The notes under the pieces were generated by a model. The model saw only the letters and a list, made by a program, of their open reading frames with translations, made no database searches and was not told the DNA's origin. The translations under genes and the position numbers were made by a program. A stretch of DNA of 64,000 bases, from contig OX597816.1 in NCBI GenBank assembly GCA_951406725.2, forward strand, positions 100,998,001 to 101,062,000, read 5' to 3'. This document shows positions 1 through 13,610 of the stretch, in pieces (the first letter of the stretch is position 1; each line of letters starts with the position of its first letter). The DNA is from Octopus vulgaris. Taxonomy: Eukaryota.

Positions 1-780
1 TAGCACATGACAGGACATACAACAAATCGTGACAACAAAATAACTCAATGCATTATGATAACACAGCAACAAATCGTGGTAACACAATCACAGTTGAGAG
101 CGCAGCAAAATAACACGATCTGCATATGACAACGTAGCAACACAACACAAACACAACGTGGCAACATAAAGTAGCGGCAAAACTTGATAACACAACATCA
201 CCGGTAGTCACTCGAATGACAACCAAATCTCTCTCAAATCCGCTTTACTGTTTTGACAGACTGGATTATGTAGCCAGGTAACAGTATAGGAAAATGGTTG
301 TGTTGGTCATGGCTGGAATGTATTTTGTTATATATCTACATCTGCTTAGTTGATAAAACAAAGCAACTGTCAACATCGCGACTTGTCAACACAGCAACAT
401 AACACGGTAAAACAACACACTTCAACACAACACATGTCTATACTGCATGCCCATGGCAATATAGCATCACAACACACAGCAACACAGCACATAACGTAGC
501 AGCATAACAACAAACTAATACAACATATCACATCACAATACAACACACAGCAACACAACACGCAGCAACACAAATAACTACATTGCAGAACAAAACATAT
601 CAATACAGCAAGAAAACATGTCAACACCACAGTAAATGACAACCTAGGAACACAATGCATAACCGGACAATACAACCCATGACTACACAGTACATTGAAA
701 GTATTAAAAACAGTGACGCGACACACTTCATTACAGTAGCACAAGAGACATATGATTCAGTAATACAACCAAGATAACTC
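1..780. repeat. Degenerate CA/CAA-rich low-complexity tract
   Basis: Recurrent caacacaa/acacagcaac words; similar texture at 38300-39350. Confidence 0.7.
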
Positions 781-1415
781 AGCCAAGTTCTCTCTGATAA
801 CAACCTGTGTTTATTTTGTTTACATAAAATTGAGCTAAGGGAAACAACTCAATCACTTTAATTAAACATGGCGATTACTGTTATCAACGAACCTCATTTT
901 TCAATCTAGTATTTACTACGTCAGTCAGTTTTTACTGCAACTGTTATATAATGACCATGGCAATGAAAGGCAGAATCCAGCAGTATTTATCTTTATAAGA
1001 ATTAGTGAATCAACGATAGAAACTTCTATGGTGCGACTCAAATGCTAGAAATATCAGCCAGATTTTCTTCGAAGCAAGCATTACCATCTCAAAGACGGAA
1101 GTACATATACTCTCTGGAAAATAAGATGAGTGAAATGTTTGCTCGAGCAGGGCTGACATGTGTAGGACGAGGGGAAGGTAAACGACGACAATAAATACTA
1201 TAGAATATAAGCAATTATGTTTACCACATCAAAAACTAGTGTTTGCTATTTTAAGCACAAGTGTTTACTACATCGAAACCAGATTAGTGTTTCTTACAGC
1301 AAATAATATTTATTCACACAGCAACCAGTGCTAATACAGAAAGATAACAGTTGTGCGCGCGCGCGTGTGTGTGTGTGTGTTCGTGAGAGAGAGAGAGAGA
1401 GAGTGTGTGTGTGTA

Positions 1416-1465
<50 letters not shown>

Positions 1466-1797
1466 GGTGTTCATTGTGATTGACTCAGTAAAGAACCAGT
1501 GTTGGCTCTGGTAATGATCGTTGTTCCTTACCTGGATCGAGCAACTAAAAACCAAAGCACCGTAGACGAGTAAATTTCGTCCTAACCATGTTCTTTCTTT
1601 AAATCTCGTTCAAAACAGAGTTTTCCTTCCACAGGATGAGAAAAATCGATAAAGTCTACATACTGATCATAGTTCATTAAATTAAATATGTTCTCTCTGA
1701 CAAAAGGAATCTTTTATTAATAATAATGTAATCGACCAGCGTGAAAAAGAAAACCTGTAACTATCAAGAGGGCTGAAGATCGACAACAACTGATTGG

Positions 1798-1925
1798 AAG
1801 TGCCCATGACCATTCACAGACCCTCTGGTACCAGTGGGCGGAAGGAAGGTATCCTCAAAAGAGAAACTTGGCCCGAATGCTTTGCAAGAGAGTTAACTCC
1901 GCTAAAGGCATCCAACGTAGCAGGT
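1798..1925 (+). repeat. Old interspersed repeat, homologous to 54197-54291
   Basis: Collinear shared blocks agtgcccatg..cc.t..acag / aggaaggtatcctcaaa / taaaggca between the two loci. Confidence 0.65.
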
Positions 1926-2961
1926 GATGGTGTTAAATTTGGCAACGGATTAAGTCTATCACCCAAATAGGCCACAATGAGATTTGAACTCAGAATGCAA
2001 AGAGCCGGAACAAACACCTCAAGGCACCCAGTCCGACATTCTTACAGTCGCCCTGGATTAGTATGTTTTGGTTGATTTCAAAAAAGTGAAAAACAAAGTT
2101 GGCTTTGACAGGGTTTGAACTCAAAGTGCCAAGTGTCAGAACATTCTATCTAACGCTCTAACAACTCTGCCAAATCACCGCCATAATTAAAATCGCTTAC
2201 GGTCAGAGTTCAAATACCATCAAAGTTATTAAAATTAGTATCACAAACTGCGGATGGTTGGGTGGACTGAATGGACTGATAAATTTGCATTATTTTTGTA
2301 TAAATAACGAAGGAGCATCTATAGGATAACTTTGACCTGCTATCACTAACCAACAAATTTCCCTAAGATCACATCCTACCGTCTTCAAGATGGAAGGCCA
2401 CAGCAGACAATGCAATACTAAAAAAGTCGGAGAGGGGCGACGGAATGTGTTTTGAAGACAACTTTGATCATAAAATCTGTTCAGTCAAAGATTAAACATG
2501 TTCAATATGAGGAATCATTATCCCACTCCTTAAAGACAGTGAGCTGACAGAATCGTTGGAATCGGAAAAAAAAAAAACACCTTGCGACAATCGTTCCGCT
2601 TATTCAAATCCTGCCGGTGGACGATCTGATCGACTAATTCTCTTCCCTATAAAACCACTGTGCTAGTGCTTAAATCAAAAACTATTGTAATGTTATATAA
2701 TTTGAAAGATAGTGTTCAAACCAAAACCATGTGTCTACATCAAATAATAATACTTTTACAACCACCACCACTACACCATGCTTATTAATATGTTGCAATC
2801 CTACCCCTTCCTATATACCTCCAGCGTATACTCTGATTAATTCCTCAGTTTCGAATGCGATATGTCAGAGGCCGAGAGAGGAAGGATGTTCTGCTTAATT
2901 GGGCGAGCACTTGATCTCCCACATTCACGGCTTTACACTTACAATACTCCCACACTCTCTC

Positions 2962-3008
<47 letters not shown>

Positions 3009-3246
3009 TGGGCGCGCGATTACATAACCGCACTCTCCAATTTCACTCTCGTACACGCAAGTACACACACACACACACTCGCGCGCGCGCACACACACAT
3101 ACACACACATGGTGAAAGATGTGAAAGTTAGGGTCAAATGCCAAATGTTCACACAAGGTTTGTTTACATAGGAATGCAATGTAGGTTGCTCTGTGTTGGC
3201 GCATACACACAGATACAGACAAAGACGCACATATACACAAACATTG

Positions 3247-3291
<45 letters not shown>

Positions 3292-3562
3292 TTTACATGC
3301 GAACACACACACGGACACACTCACATTCATCATTCATAGATGCAAGTATTTACACGCAGAAGTGTTTACATCTAGCGTAAATCCATGCACAAGATAGAAA
3401 AGATGTAAGCTCGCACGCAGATATAGATTAGAAGGAAGGAGGCAGACAGACGTAACCAAAGAGGTTTACCTAAGTTTGAGTGAAGCAGACAACACATGTC
3501 TGTTGATGCCAAACTGTATAAACAAAATACTTCTTATTTCAATATATATATATATATATATA

Positions 3563-3930
3563 GGCGGAGATGTGTATGTGGGGCAAGAAGCTTGTTTCCC
3601 AACCACATGGTTCCGAGCTCTGTCTCACTGGGTGGCACATTGGGCAAGTGTCCTCTACTATAGTCTCGAGTCGACCAAAGCCTTGTCAGTGGATTTGGTA
3701 GACGGAAACTGAAAGAAGCCCGTCGAATAAATATATTTGTGTGTGTGTTTGTCTCCCTCGCCATCGCTTGACAATCAATGCTGGTGTGTTTACGTTCCTG
3801 TAACCTAGCAATTCAGCAAAATGGACCAATAAAAATAAGTCCTAGGATCGATTTGTTTGACTAAAGGCGGTGCTCCAGTATGACCGCAGTCAAATGACTA
3901 AAACAAGTAAAGGAATAAAAGAAAAGAATA
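3563..3930 (+). mobile_element. tRNA-derived CORE-type SINE (family A), near full length
   Basis: tRNA-like head, ggcacattgggcaagtgtc CORE-like block, internal (TG)n, tail ggcggtgctccag...aaacaagtaaaggaataaaa. Homologous copies at 21869-22250 and 46462-46975. Confidence 0.85.
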
Positions 3931-3980
3931 GTGGAGAATAGACACACAAAAACATATATTCATACATACACATACATATA

Positions 3981-4188
3981 AGGCGACCTGTCAGAATGGT
4001 TAGCCCTCCGGACAAAATGCTCAGCGGCATTTCGTCTGCCTTTAGGGTCTGAGTTCGAAATCCGCCGATGTCGGCTTTCCCTTTCAATATTTTCGGGGTC
4101 GATAAAATAAGCACCAGTTAAACAATGGAGTTAGTGTAATCAACTTAACCTCTCTCTCAAATACCCGGCCTTGTGTCAAAATTTTGAA
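3981..4188 (+). mobile_element. SINE family B
   Basis: Head ggcga.ctg.cagaat.gttagc, B-box-like gagttcgaaatcc, central ttcggggtcgataaaataagcaccag shared with many copies in the window. Confidence 0.8.
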
Positions 4189-4195
4189 CACACAC

Positions 4196-4270
<75 letters not shown>

Positions 4271-4273
<3 letters not shown>

Positions 4274-4480
4274 CTTTTACTTGTTTCAATTATAAGACTT
4301 CGGCCATACTGGGGTACCATCTTGAAGAATTTTTAGTCAAATGAATTGACCCCAATATTTTTTTCATATTAAAGCCTGGTACTTATTCTATATCGAATTC
4401 TTATACCGAACTGCTATGTTATGAGGACGTAAACAAACCAATACCTGTTGTCAAGTAGTGTGGGTGGGGACAGATACAAA
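4271..4480 (-). mobile_element. SINE family A, 3' half
   Basis: Reverse complement of the family A tail (cttttacttgtttca...ggccatactgggg) and of the body (aaagcctggtacttattctat). Confidence 0.75.
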
Positions 4481-4736
4481 ACACCCCCTACACACACACA
4501 CACACAAATGGTCACCCTTCGCTTGCAAAGACGACCAGTTTGACCCTTTCTTTAGCACCCCTTCCCTACGATAAAACTGCCGAAGTGATGCTATTTCATT
4601 GTCACAGAGACATGATTACCCGACAGTGGGTGGGGCATCGAAAGGTTTGCCGCCTGCTTATGGTTTGAACAGTCCTAACTTGCGTCGAACATCGATTATA
4701 AATAATGAGAAGGGGGGTGCACTGTATATTTAGCTT

Positions 4737-4948
4737 CGATTGGGTTGCTGAAATGTTCCTGGCTTTAAGGGTCTCACGAAAGTTTTAATCGGATGCCCAA
4801 CCTTCTGAGTTCTCTTATAAGGCTTAGAAAACTGAAAGACCCCTGCAATAAGTGTGTGAATCTGAGAGGGGAATATGTTGAATAAAATTATAATTAACTA
4901 ATCCTCCTTTACTTTATCCAGAGCCAAGAACTTTTCAGTACCCCCTCG
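4737..4948 (+). mobile_element. Mariner-derived non-autonomous element (MITE-like)
   Basis: Imperfect TIRs: cga.tgggttgctgaaatgttcctggct versus agccaagaacttttcagtaccccctcg. Internal aagtgtgtgaatctgagaggggaatatgttgaataa = KCVNLRGEYVE*, the typical mariner transposase C-terminus. Confidence 0.75.
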
Positions 4949-4961
4949 TGTGTGTGTGTAT

Positions 4962-5031
<70 letters not shown>

Positions 5032-5926
5032 TCCACAAATCACCTTTGAGACAAAAGAAAACACCCCGACCCCGGATGCGATCCTAGGTTTCGTAGGCAT
5101 CCTCGATAAGGGTTAAGCAGACCACTGGGACTAAACAATCAATAATTATACATATATACACTAAATTATTTCAATCAGTGAAATAATTTACACAAACATG
5201 TACAGCGTTGTCTGGAAATGCATTCACCTTTTCTCTGTCTCTTCCCTATCCTTGTTTTGTAGGTGCGTGTACCAGTATGTCGGCGTATGAAACATAAACA
5301 CACAAATGCACACACACTTTCACTCTCTCTCCAGCTCTCTCATACGATATATCTGTGAGAGAGTGAAGGGGGACTGTGGGTAGATGGAAAAACTCGAAAA
5401 GGAATGAGAGAGACTATAAAGAAAGAGAAAGACTCAAGTAAAAGGAAACAGGTAAAATATTGATATGTAAACACAAACAGAAATAGAGGTAAAAAGATAG
5501 GTTGGTTGATAAAAAAAAAAAAAGGCAGATAAATAAATACCCCCACCACACACAGAGAATTTGTTGGCGGCGAGAGAGCTGAGAAGTGAGCCTAAGAAAC
5601 GAAGCAAGCGTGCGCGCACGAGCATTGACACACGCGTGGGAGCGTTTAAATGCTTTCACGCACGAATGTGTCACTTTATCAGCCAATAACTTCGCGTTCC
5701 TGCGCGCGAGCGCGTGCATTTATGTGTGTGTGTGTGTGTGTGTATGAAAGTGGGACGAAGATGACGAGTCAGTGAGCAAATCAGTGATGTGTGAATGTTT
5801 AAGCATATATCAGTGGTAGCAGGTGTGTGCATGTATTTATGTCTGTGTGTGTGTATGCATGCGTATTATGTATTTACCTATATATGTGTGTGTGTGTGTT
5901 TGTGTGTATATGTATGAATAAATATG

Positions 5927-5982
<56 letters not shown>

Positions 5983-6391
5983 GCTACATGTGTGCGTGTG
6001 CATAATACATTTTACATGCAGACTACATAATTATTTTATATATGTATTTACGTATACTTATTGATGGGGTGCGAAAACTGAATGGGGTGCAGTATCTATT
6101 TATTTGTCTCTATACATGTATTTGTTTAGGTAAGCAGGTACACAAGTGTGTGTGTGTGTGTAAGTGTGTGTAAGTGTGTGAGTGCGAGTGTGTGTACATA
6201 TGTTCGAGTATGTTTGTGTAGTGAACAGGTAGTGGCTTAAGCAGACACTATCTGCTCCTTTATCACCCAAAATTGTTGTTTAGGACCTATTTGTCTTGAT
6301 TGTGTATGCCAGACAAACTATTTTTGTACGTATTGAGGAAGGGTAAAAAAAAAGAAAAGAAAAGAAAATAGTGTGGGTGTGAAATAGAGAA

Positions 6392-6456
<65 letters not shown>

Positions 6457-7174
6457 CTCGGGAGAGAGATAATTGGTGTGATAAAAAGAAACTGAATGTC
6501 AAGCGATAATAGTGACTGTATGAAATAGAATACGACAGCAAAGATAAACCGAAAGAAAGAGAAAGGAACAATATTAAGAAGAAAAAGAAAAAGAAAAAGA
6601 GTGAAAGAGACAGTAGTGTTATAGGAAGAGGTCTACGTCGCTTGGACTATTCTACCCACAAGGTACCTAAATTCAAGGCTATTATCAACCACCAGTTTTA
6701 TCATCCAGCTAAGCTCTCTGTCTCTGTTTCTGTCTGTCTTTCTCTTTGCCTCTGTCTTTCTCTTTCTCGCTTTCCCAGACACACACACACACACACACTG
6801 CATTTGTTACCCCACATTTAAACAATTCCTCCTCTCCTCCACCCTATCATTATTCGACCACTGACTCATTAGTTACTCAACCACTATCACCATCCCCACC
6901 TCCACCACTTCAGCTAAGTATATCCCGAAATTTTATCTGCCCCATATCGTTCCAATCTACCAATTACTTGGACCTTTGCCAGATATATGCAGATTATCCC
7001 TGGCAACAAACCTGCCTTGCTCGAACACTCCCTCTCCCAATGAAACGGACATAATCCTTTTCAGTTTGTTCCCCTTCTCCCTATCTTTTTGACAAGTGCC
7101 AGGAGGACAATGAGAAACCACAACAGATTTCACTAGAGGCCTTAACGGCGCATGTTAAAAACCAACAATAATAA

Positions 7175-7365
7175 TAGTTTCTGATTTAGGGGCAAGAACA
7201 TCAATTTTTGAAAGAGAGGGGTTCGTCGATACTATCGACCTCAGTACCTGACAGGTACTTTATTTTATTGACTCCAGAAGGATGAAAGACAAGCTGGCTT
7301 CAGTGGTGTTTGAACTCACTGCGTAAAGAGCTGGAACAAATGCCGATCCTGCCAATCCGTCACAT
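7175..7365 (-). mobile_element. SINE family B (diverged)
   Basis: ggtacttta ttttattgactccagaaggatgaaagacaag...tttgaactc is the reverse complement of the family B core. Confidence 0.7.
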
Positions 7366-7453
7366 TAATAATAACTTCTTTATTTAGTCAAAGGATTTTC
7401 TCCACCTGCAGCCAATCGTCTTACCTTTCTAAGCAACTTAGTCTCTGTCTCTG

Positions 7454-7572
<119 letters not shown>

Positions 7573-8499
7573 TCTACTGCTGAGGTCACTATCTTCATTA
7601 CTTGTCGTACCTATGATTTCACTAACGCCATTAACAAATCCCTTCCACCCCATCCTATTTAAATTCCACTCAATTACTGCATAATTACGTATCGAATATG
7701 AGTCGATATTGAATCGTCTGGACCGGAACTATCAGCCGTAGAAGTCGGCAGTTCGTAGCCTAGGACTGATGCTGCACTTGTCCTTTGTCATTTTCCTTGA
7801 TTATCAACTTTCCAGTGGCTAATCACTCAAAATTAAGTATCGACTTAGCCGAACCCGCAAATCTCCGAACTATCCGTCAAGGGAGTCAATAGTTCGAATC
7901 CTACGACCAATGCTGCACTAAGTCCAAACTCAATACCTTTAATTAGCTCGTTAGGTACTAAAGAAGGAAGTGGTGTACCGATGTAAGTCGTGGGAATACT
8001 GTAAAGCTGCCAAGTGTTTCACTATCTTCTACTTCTGAATTCGAGAACTATTACCACCAATCTAGAGTGAATTCGAAACTGAATAATATCCTTCAAACCA
8101 GAAACTTCATGAAATCTTAGCGTCTTCAATTACCTTTATGGAGGGGACTTGATCTACTAAGAATGGCAGTCAAACCGCATTCAAATTGCACTTTGCCGTC
8201 TTAAAAGCGGAAGAAGATATTAGATAGTGTAGCTTAGTCTAGTATTGAATACACAATATTTCCCGCCAAAGAAGAGATAGTTATGGCTAGACTGACCGGG
8301 CGCTAAGCAACAACACTTTGTATGAGTTCCAAACATTGAATTAAAAAATGTTTTTTTAATTCTATTTCTATTTAAAGAAAACCGTGAAGAAGTGCTATTA
8401 GCTATTATTGCTAGAAATAAGGCCCAATACTAACGAATCCAGAAGCAAGACAGTGTTGTGAAAAATTATCAGTATTATCATTATCATCAACGTAGACAT

Positions 8500-8980
8500 A
8501 AGCGGCGCGTTGGCGGAATTGTTAGCGCATCGCGCAAAATGTTAATGGCATTTCTCCCTGCTTTATACATTCTGAGTTCAAATTTTGCCAAAGTCGACTT
8601 TGCTTACTATAAAATACTAATCAAATACTGGGGATCGATGCAATTGTCTATCCCACTTCTGTTTAAAATGCTGACCTTCTGCAAAAATTTGACAGTTATT
8701 ATTAATAAAGATAAAGGCAGCGCGCTGGCAGAATAGTTATTACACCAGACAAAATACTTCGCAGCATTTCTCTCATTTCTTTTCGTTTTGAGTTCAAAAT
8801 TCGCTGAGGTCGTCTTTGCCTTTCATCCCTTCGGGGTTGATAAAATAAGTACTAACCGAGTACTGGTCTTGTGCCAAAATCTGAAACATTTATAGGGCGG
8901 CGAGGTGACATAACCGCTAGAGCGTCGGACACAATGCTTAGCGACATTTGTTCCGGCTCTTGTGCCAAAATTTTAAACAT
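8500..8980 (+). mobile_element. Three head-to-tail family B SINE copies or fragments (about 8500-8700, 8713-8890, 8895-8980)
   Basis: Repeated ggcgg..(c/t)tggc(a/g)gaat.gttag heads, tgagttcaaa B-box-like motif, ttgcctttcatcc..tcggggt.gataaa core, tgtgccaaaat.t.aaac tails. Confidence 0.75.
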
Positions 8981-11900
8981 TTATAAACACAGACACAAGA
9001 CTGCTAGATTTAATCGAATCCAGTACTTGATCTCAACTTTCAACTGGTATGGACACCCAAATTGGACCTCTTCGTAATATACATAACATTGCTACAATAT
9101 TATCAATGAATGCTGCTTTCATTGATATATATATTTTACAACCGACTTTCACACGCACGCACACACACACACACGACTATACTACCTCTTTTAGTATAGA
9201 ATTATGGTTTCTGTATTAACAGGCCTCAGTAAAGAAATATATATATGTGAGAGCCTCTTCAGACTGCGGTGCTTATTTCACTGGCCTAGGAAGGAGGAAA
9301 GGCAAAATTGACAAAAACATTTAGACAGTTATTTCTAAACGTTTGTACAGTATAAGACTAAATAAATTTAATGCATTTAACAATACTTAAGCTTTTAAAT
9401 AGATTTAGGATACTGAAATATTATAGTTGTGTACACTTAATTAAGCAAATACATATGAACAAAGGCGCTCTAGTTATGACCATCATGTCTTTTATGTCAT
9501 TCATTGTTTCAGTTTGTCTTTCAGTTATAAGATTCGTGGGAGATTTAGCTGTTATCTCTACCAGGCCTAGAAACCACGTAGACATCTCCCCCTCCCTGTT
9601 ACCTGTAACTCCTTATAAAAGTTTTTTTAAACCTGCATCTTTCCCCATGTGCTGCAACATCTACAATTGACTCTATATTTTGGGAGTGCTGCTTTCATAT
9701 ATAGAATGTCACTCATGCCTTGGTCACAGCTATAGAATCAAATACAACAGGGAAGGGAAAAAATCTTTTGCAATTATCGAAATCTTTATTCTCAACATCA
9801 ATGTACTGTCTACTTCTCAACCACTTCTACTGGAGTATACTGAACGCTGTAAACTAAGTCTTAAGCATATCTGTTACACCTATCCTTCTCATCAATCACA
9901 TCCAATTTTTTCCTCAAACCAACAGTAAGAGAAACTTGGTGAGTTTTTGTTTGTTTGTGTGTAAAAAACATTCACCAGAAAGTCTCACAAAAATTGAAAA
10001 CATGCCTTTTTTAATAAAGCCATGCAGATTGTGAGGATCTAAGCTGTAGCTTGATTAGTTTAGACCTAAATCAGGCATTAACCCTAAACCTTACATAAAG
10101 GATCATTTCCCAATTGAACTATTTCTACTTCCTACATGCTTCAACAATGCCCTAATCTTCACATCGATTCCACTTGGTACACCACCGTTCTAGAAAAGAT
10201 TTTCTCTCGACTACCACCCTCGACAGCGTCCTTCCAGAGTCAGTAAGAAGGCCTCTTACTGGCAGCTAAATGTTCCTCAATTCACATCTTACTATCTTTA
10301 AAAAGCACAAGTTAAATAATACGACCTTAGATTCCCAGCACACAGTAAAAGAAAACACGATGTTAATGGTTGGCCTGCCTTTAATTATAAGTTTGCGCAA
10401 TCGGGATTGACCTGGGGTTAAACAAAGTCGACTACAGCAACAGTGTATTCTTGCTCCCATACAGTAAGAATGGACCGAGTGAGAAGAGGAATTGGGAAGT
10501 GTTGGTTAGGGTGAGTGGAAATACACATAAGGTGGAGGTCGCTGTTCTTTAGCCTTAATTTAACCTTTATTGAAAAATCTATAATCGTATGCATTTCTAT
10601 CATGGTCATCCCGTCTTTTCAAAAGTATTTATATCTATTTTACTGAAAATATCTTTTAGTCTCTTATTTATTACTGTAGTGTAATTTTAGGGTGATTTGA
10701 CTGCTATATCTAGCAGACTAAACTACCACATAGATTTTCTTGTTGGTTTTGTTGCCCTTGAAAATATACATATTTGGGATGTTGCTATATCAAATGATGC
10801 ACAGTTAATTACAATAGCAGCAGTGGCAACAGAAACAGTAACAACAACAACAACAACAACAACAGCAGCATAGCCGCTATAACCATAACAACAACAAAAA
10901 CAATTACTGTAACAAAAAAAACTAACAGCAACAAACAAACTGGCCACGCTCAACGATTGACACCTCAGTGTAGTTACCTTACATGCTTGAAATAAGAACT
11001 AGACTCCCTCAAAATTACACCTTAGTGCTTTAAAAAAAAAAGGACACAGTAAATGTTGTCACATTGAAAAAATAAAAGACTGGATAGTCACAAATAGAAT
11101 GTCCTTGATCATAGGTATGTTCGATTAGGGATGATTTGGGACTAAACACTAAGCACAAGGCCGGCAATTTTTGATGGAAGGGTGTAATGCGATGCCAACG
11201 GCCCCAGTACCGATTTTACTTTTTATTAATTTCTACTTATTTATTCACCCCAAAAGGATGAAAGACAAAGTTTGATCTCAGCAGGAATTGAACTCTGAAT
11301 CTGAAAAGCGGAAATAAATACCAGAAAGTAATGTTTTGTGATGCCTTAAAGATTCTGACAATGCATCGCCCTTACCGCAAGAAAAACAATTTCTACAAAA
11401 TAAAAACATCTGTAATAGAAATATCCGTAACTCCAACAACACCAGACTACAATGCAACACCCACGAGCAACACTGGCAACAACATTTATGACGATAGCAA
11501 CAACAATAGTACTAGTCATAACAACGGCAGCAGTCACAACAGTAAGTTTCAACAATAGCTGTCACAATTAGAAGTTGTTTAGCCCCCAAGTCAGCCTTCA
11601 TCAAATAGACTTGTGATCAAAGGCATTCTAATCACGACCATCTCGTCGTTTTGTGTATATAAGATTAATTGTTCAACGTGTCCTTTTTTTTATTAAGACT
11701 GTAGGGTTTGGCTTAGGTGAGATTTTGTTGTTGTTTCTAGCTGATCGTGCAGCCATATAAAGACTCCCGCTTTGTCTCAACATCAGTCACAACAAAAGAT
11801 GTTTCAAGTCATAATAATAACAACAGTCGCCTTCACAGCAATAGCCATCACAATAACAATAGCACTCACACATATACACAATGACAGAGTAGCTATATGA

Positions 11901-13045
11901 ACGTTAGCAACAATAACAACTACACCAGCTACTACAGGGGAAACACGAACAGCAACAGCAGCAATATAAGCGGTAACAACAACAACAACAGCATTGATAA
12001 CAGTAACAACTATAGTAGCAACAAAAATAGCAGCCACAATAGCAACAACAAAAACGATAATAACAAAAAACTACTACAATAGCAACCATAACAGCGGACA
12101 TGAATTTTGTAACAATTACTGTAGCAACAACAATAGCTGTCATAGTAGCAACAACAGCAGTAGTAGTAACATGGACGATTGTAACAGCTAAAATAGTAAA
12201 ATAAACAGCAGCAAAGACGGTAATTACAAAAACCTATTACAGTCTCAACAATAACAACAATAACAGCAATAGTTGTGACAATTACAGCAGCTAGATAAAC
12301 AACAGTGAAAAATAAGAAAAGCTACTGCGGTTGCAACATGAACGGTTGCAACAACAACAGTAGCAATGCGAGCGGTAGTAACAACAGTAAAACAAGTAAC
12401 AACAGCTATAATAGCAACAATAATATGTAACAAGAACAACTCCTACTACAACTAAAGCAAAGTAAACGGTAGCAACAAAAACATTGGCTGCTACAGTAGC
12501 GACAAGCATCATAGCTACTACTGTCGCAACGTGAGCGGTAACAACAAGAACAACTACTACAACAAAGGTAACAACAACTACAAAAACAAAAACAACAGCA
12601 GTTGTTGCGTTACAGTAGTAACATACAACAGTAACAAAAGCAACAATGACAGTGATACGAACAGTTACTATATAACAACATACGCGGTAGTAACAATGAC
12701 AACAACACAGTTACTACTGTAGCAACAACGGCAACGTAAACAATATCAACAACAACGGTTCCTACATCAGCTACAATTGCTGCTACAGTTGTAGAAACAA
12801 TAACAACACTTACAATAATAGTGAGCGTAGCAACAACATCATCATAACCCACAAGAACAATGAAAACCAACAATTTCAGCAGCAATAATGAATTGTAGCA
12901 TAGGCACTAAGTCAAAGATTAAGGAGGGATGCAGGGGTGGTTTTTACTGTCAAAGGCCCTTGAAGCATAAACAGCATTTCGAAGAAGATTCGTTCGAGTG
13001 TCTTAGCCGTAGACTCTTGTTGGAAGAAACCTTGACAGATACCTA

Positions 13046-13220
13046 TTTCTTTATTACCCACAAGGGGCTAAACACAGAGGGGACAAACAAGGACAGACAT
13101 AGGTATTAAGTCGATTACATCGACCCCAGTGCGTAACTGGTACTTAATTTATCGACCCCGAAAGGATGAAAGGCAAAGTCGACCTCGGCGGAATTTGAAC
13201 TCACAACGTAGCGACAGACG
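13046..13220 (-). mobile_element. Apparently young family B SINE variant with a Tx1/L1-LINE-like 3' tail
   Basis: Very clean core atcgaccccgaaaggatgaaaggcaaagtcgacctcggcggaatttgaactc. The tail tttctttattacccacaaggggctaaacacagagggg resembles the LINE 3' end at 26313-26354. Confidence 0.8.
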
Positions 13221-13224
13221 TTTG

Positions 13225-13610
13225 AATTAATTATATCGAACCGTGTACTTATTTTATCGACGTCCCCGGAAGGCTAAATGCAAAGTCAACCTCCGTGGAA
13301 TTTGAACTCAGAATGTGTTTCAAATACGACAAGGCATTTTAATAAAGTTAAATTACCAGAAGGCAATTTATCCGATGCTCTACCGATTCAGATACTTCGC
13401 ACCGATCTGATCAATGACAACTACGATTGTTTTTAATCTAGACACAGGTAACAAATATGGGTGAAGGGAACAGTCGATTACATCGACCCCGGAAGCATGG
13501 AAGATAAAGTTGACCTTGGCGGCTTTTGAATTCAGAACCTTAGGAGCCGGAACAAATAGCTCAAGACAATTTTGTTCGACATTCCAACGATCCTGCCAAT
13601 TCACCATAGC
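13225..13610 (-). mobile_element. Two further diverged family B SINE copies
   Basis: caaagtcaacctccgtggaatttgaactcagaa and aaagttgaccttggcggcttttgaattcagaac motifs. Confidence 0.7.

Noticed and set aside
370-744. Very Cys-rich 124-aa ORF resembling a metallothionein or keratin-associated protein
   Set aside because: Simply the antisense translation of a degenerate CAA/CACAA low-complexity tract
1519-1560. Possible 13-nt minus-strand microexon (ttttag|ttgctcgatccag|gtaag) in the insulin intron
   Set aside because: Splice-like motifs of this quality occur by chance, it would shift the frame, and there is no supporting evidence
1880-1935. ttaactccgc...gtagc, reminiscent of a twister ribozyme start
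   Set aside because: The downstream conserved twister elements and pseudoknot pairings are not present
9670-9705. Plus-strand DSIFWECCFHI*, resembling the start of an A chain
   Set aside because: Wrong strand for the insulin exon, immediate stop codon, remaining cysteines missing
10266-10460. Minus-strand ORF with IHCCCSRLCLTPGQSRLR, superficially a CC-X3-C insulin A chain on the right strand downstream of the B-chain exon
   Set aside because: The final Cys is absent (Arg), there is no dibasic site or GIV-like start, and most of the segment is the reverse complement of the family C repeat tail (gacctggggttaaacaa)
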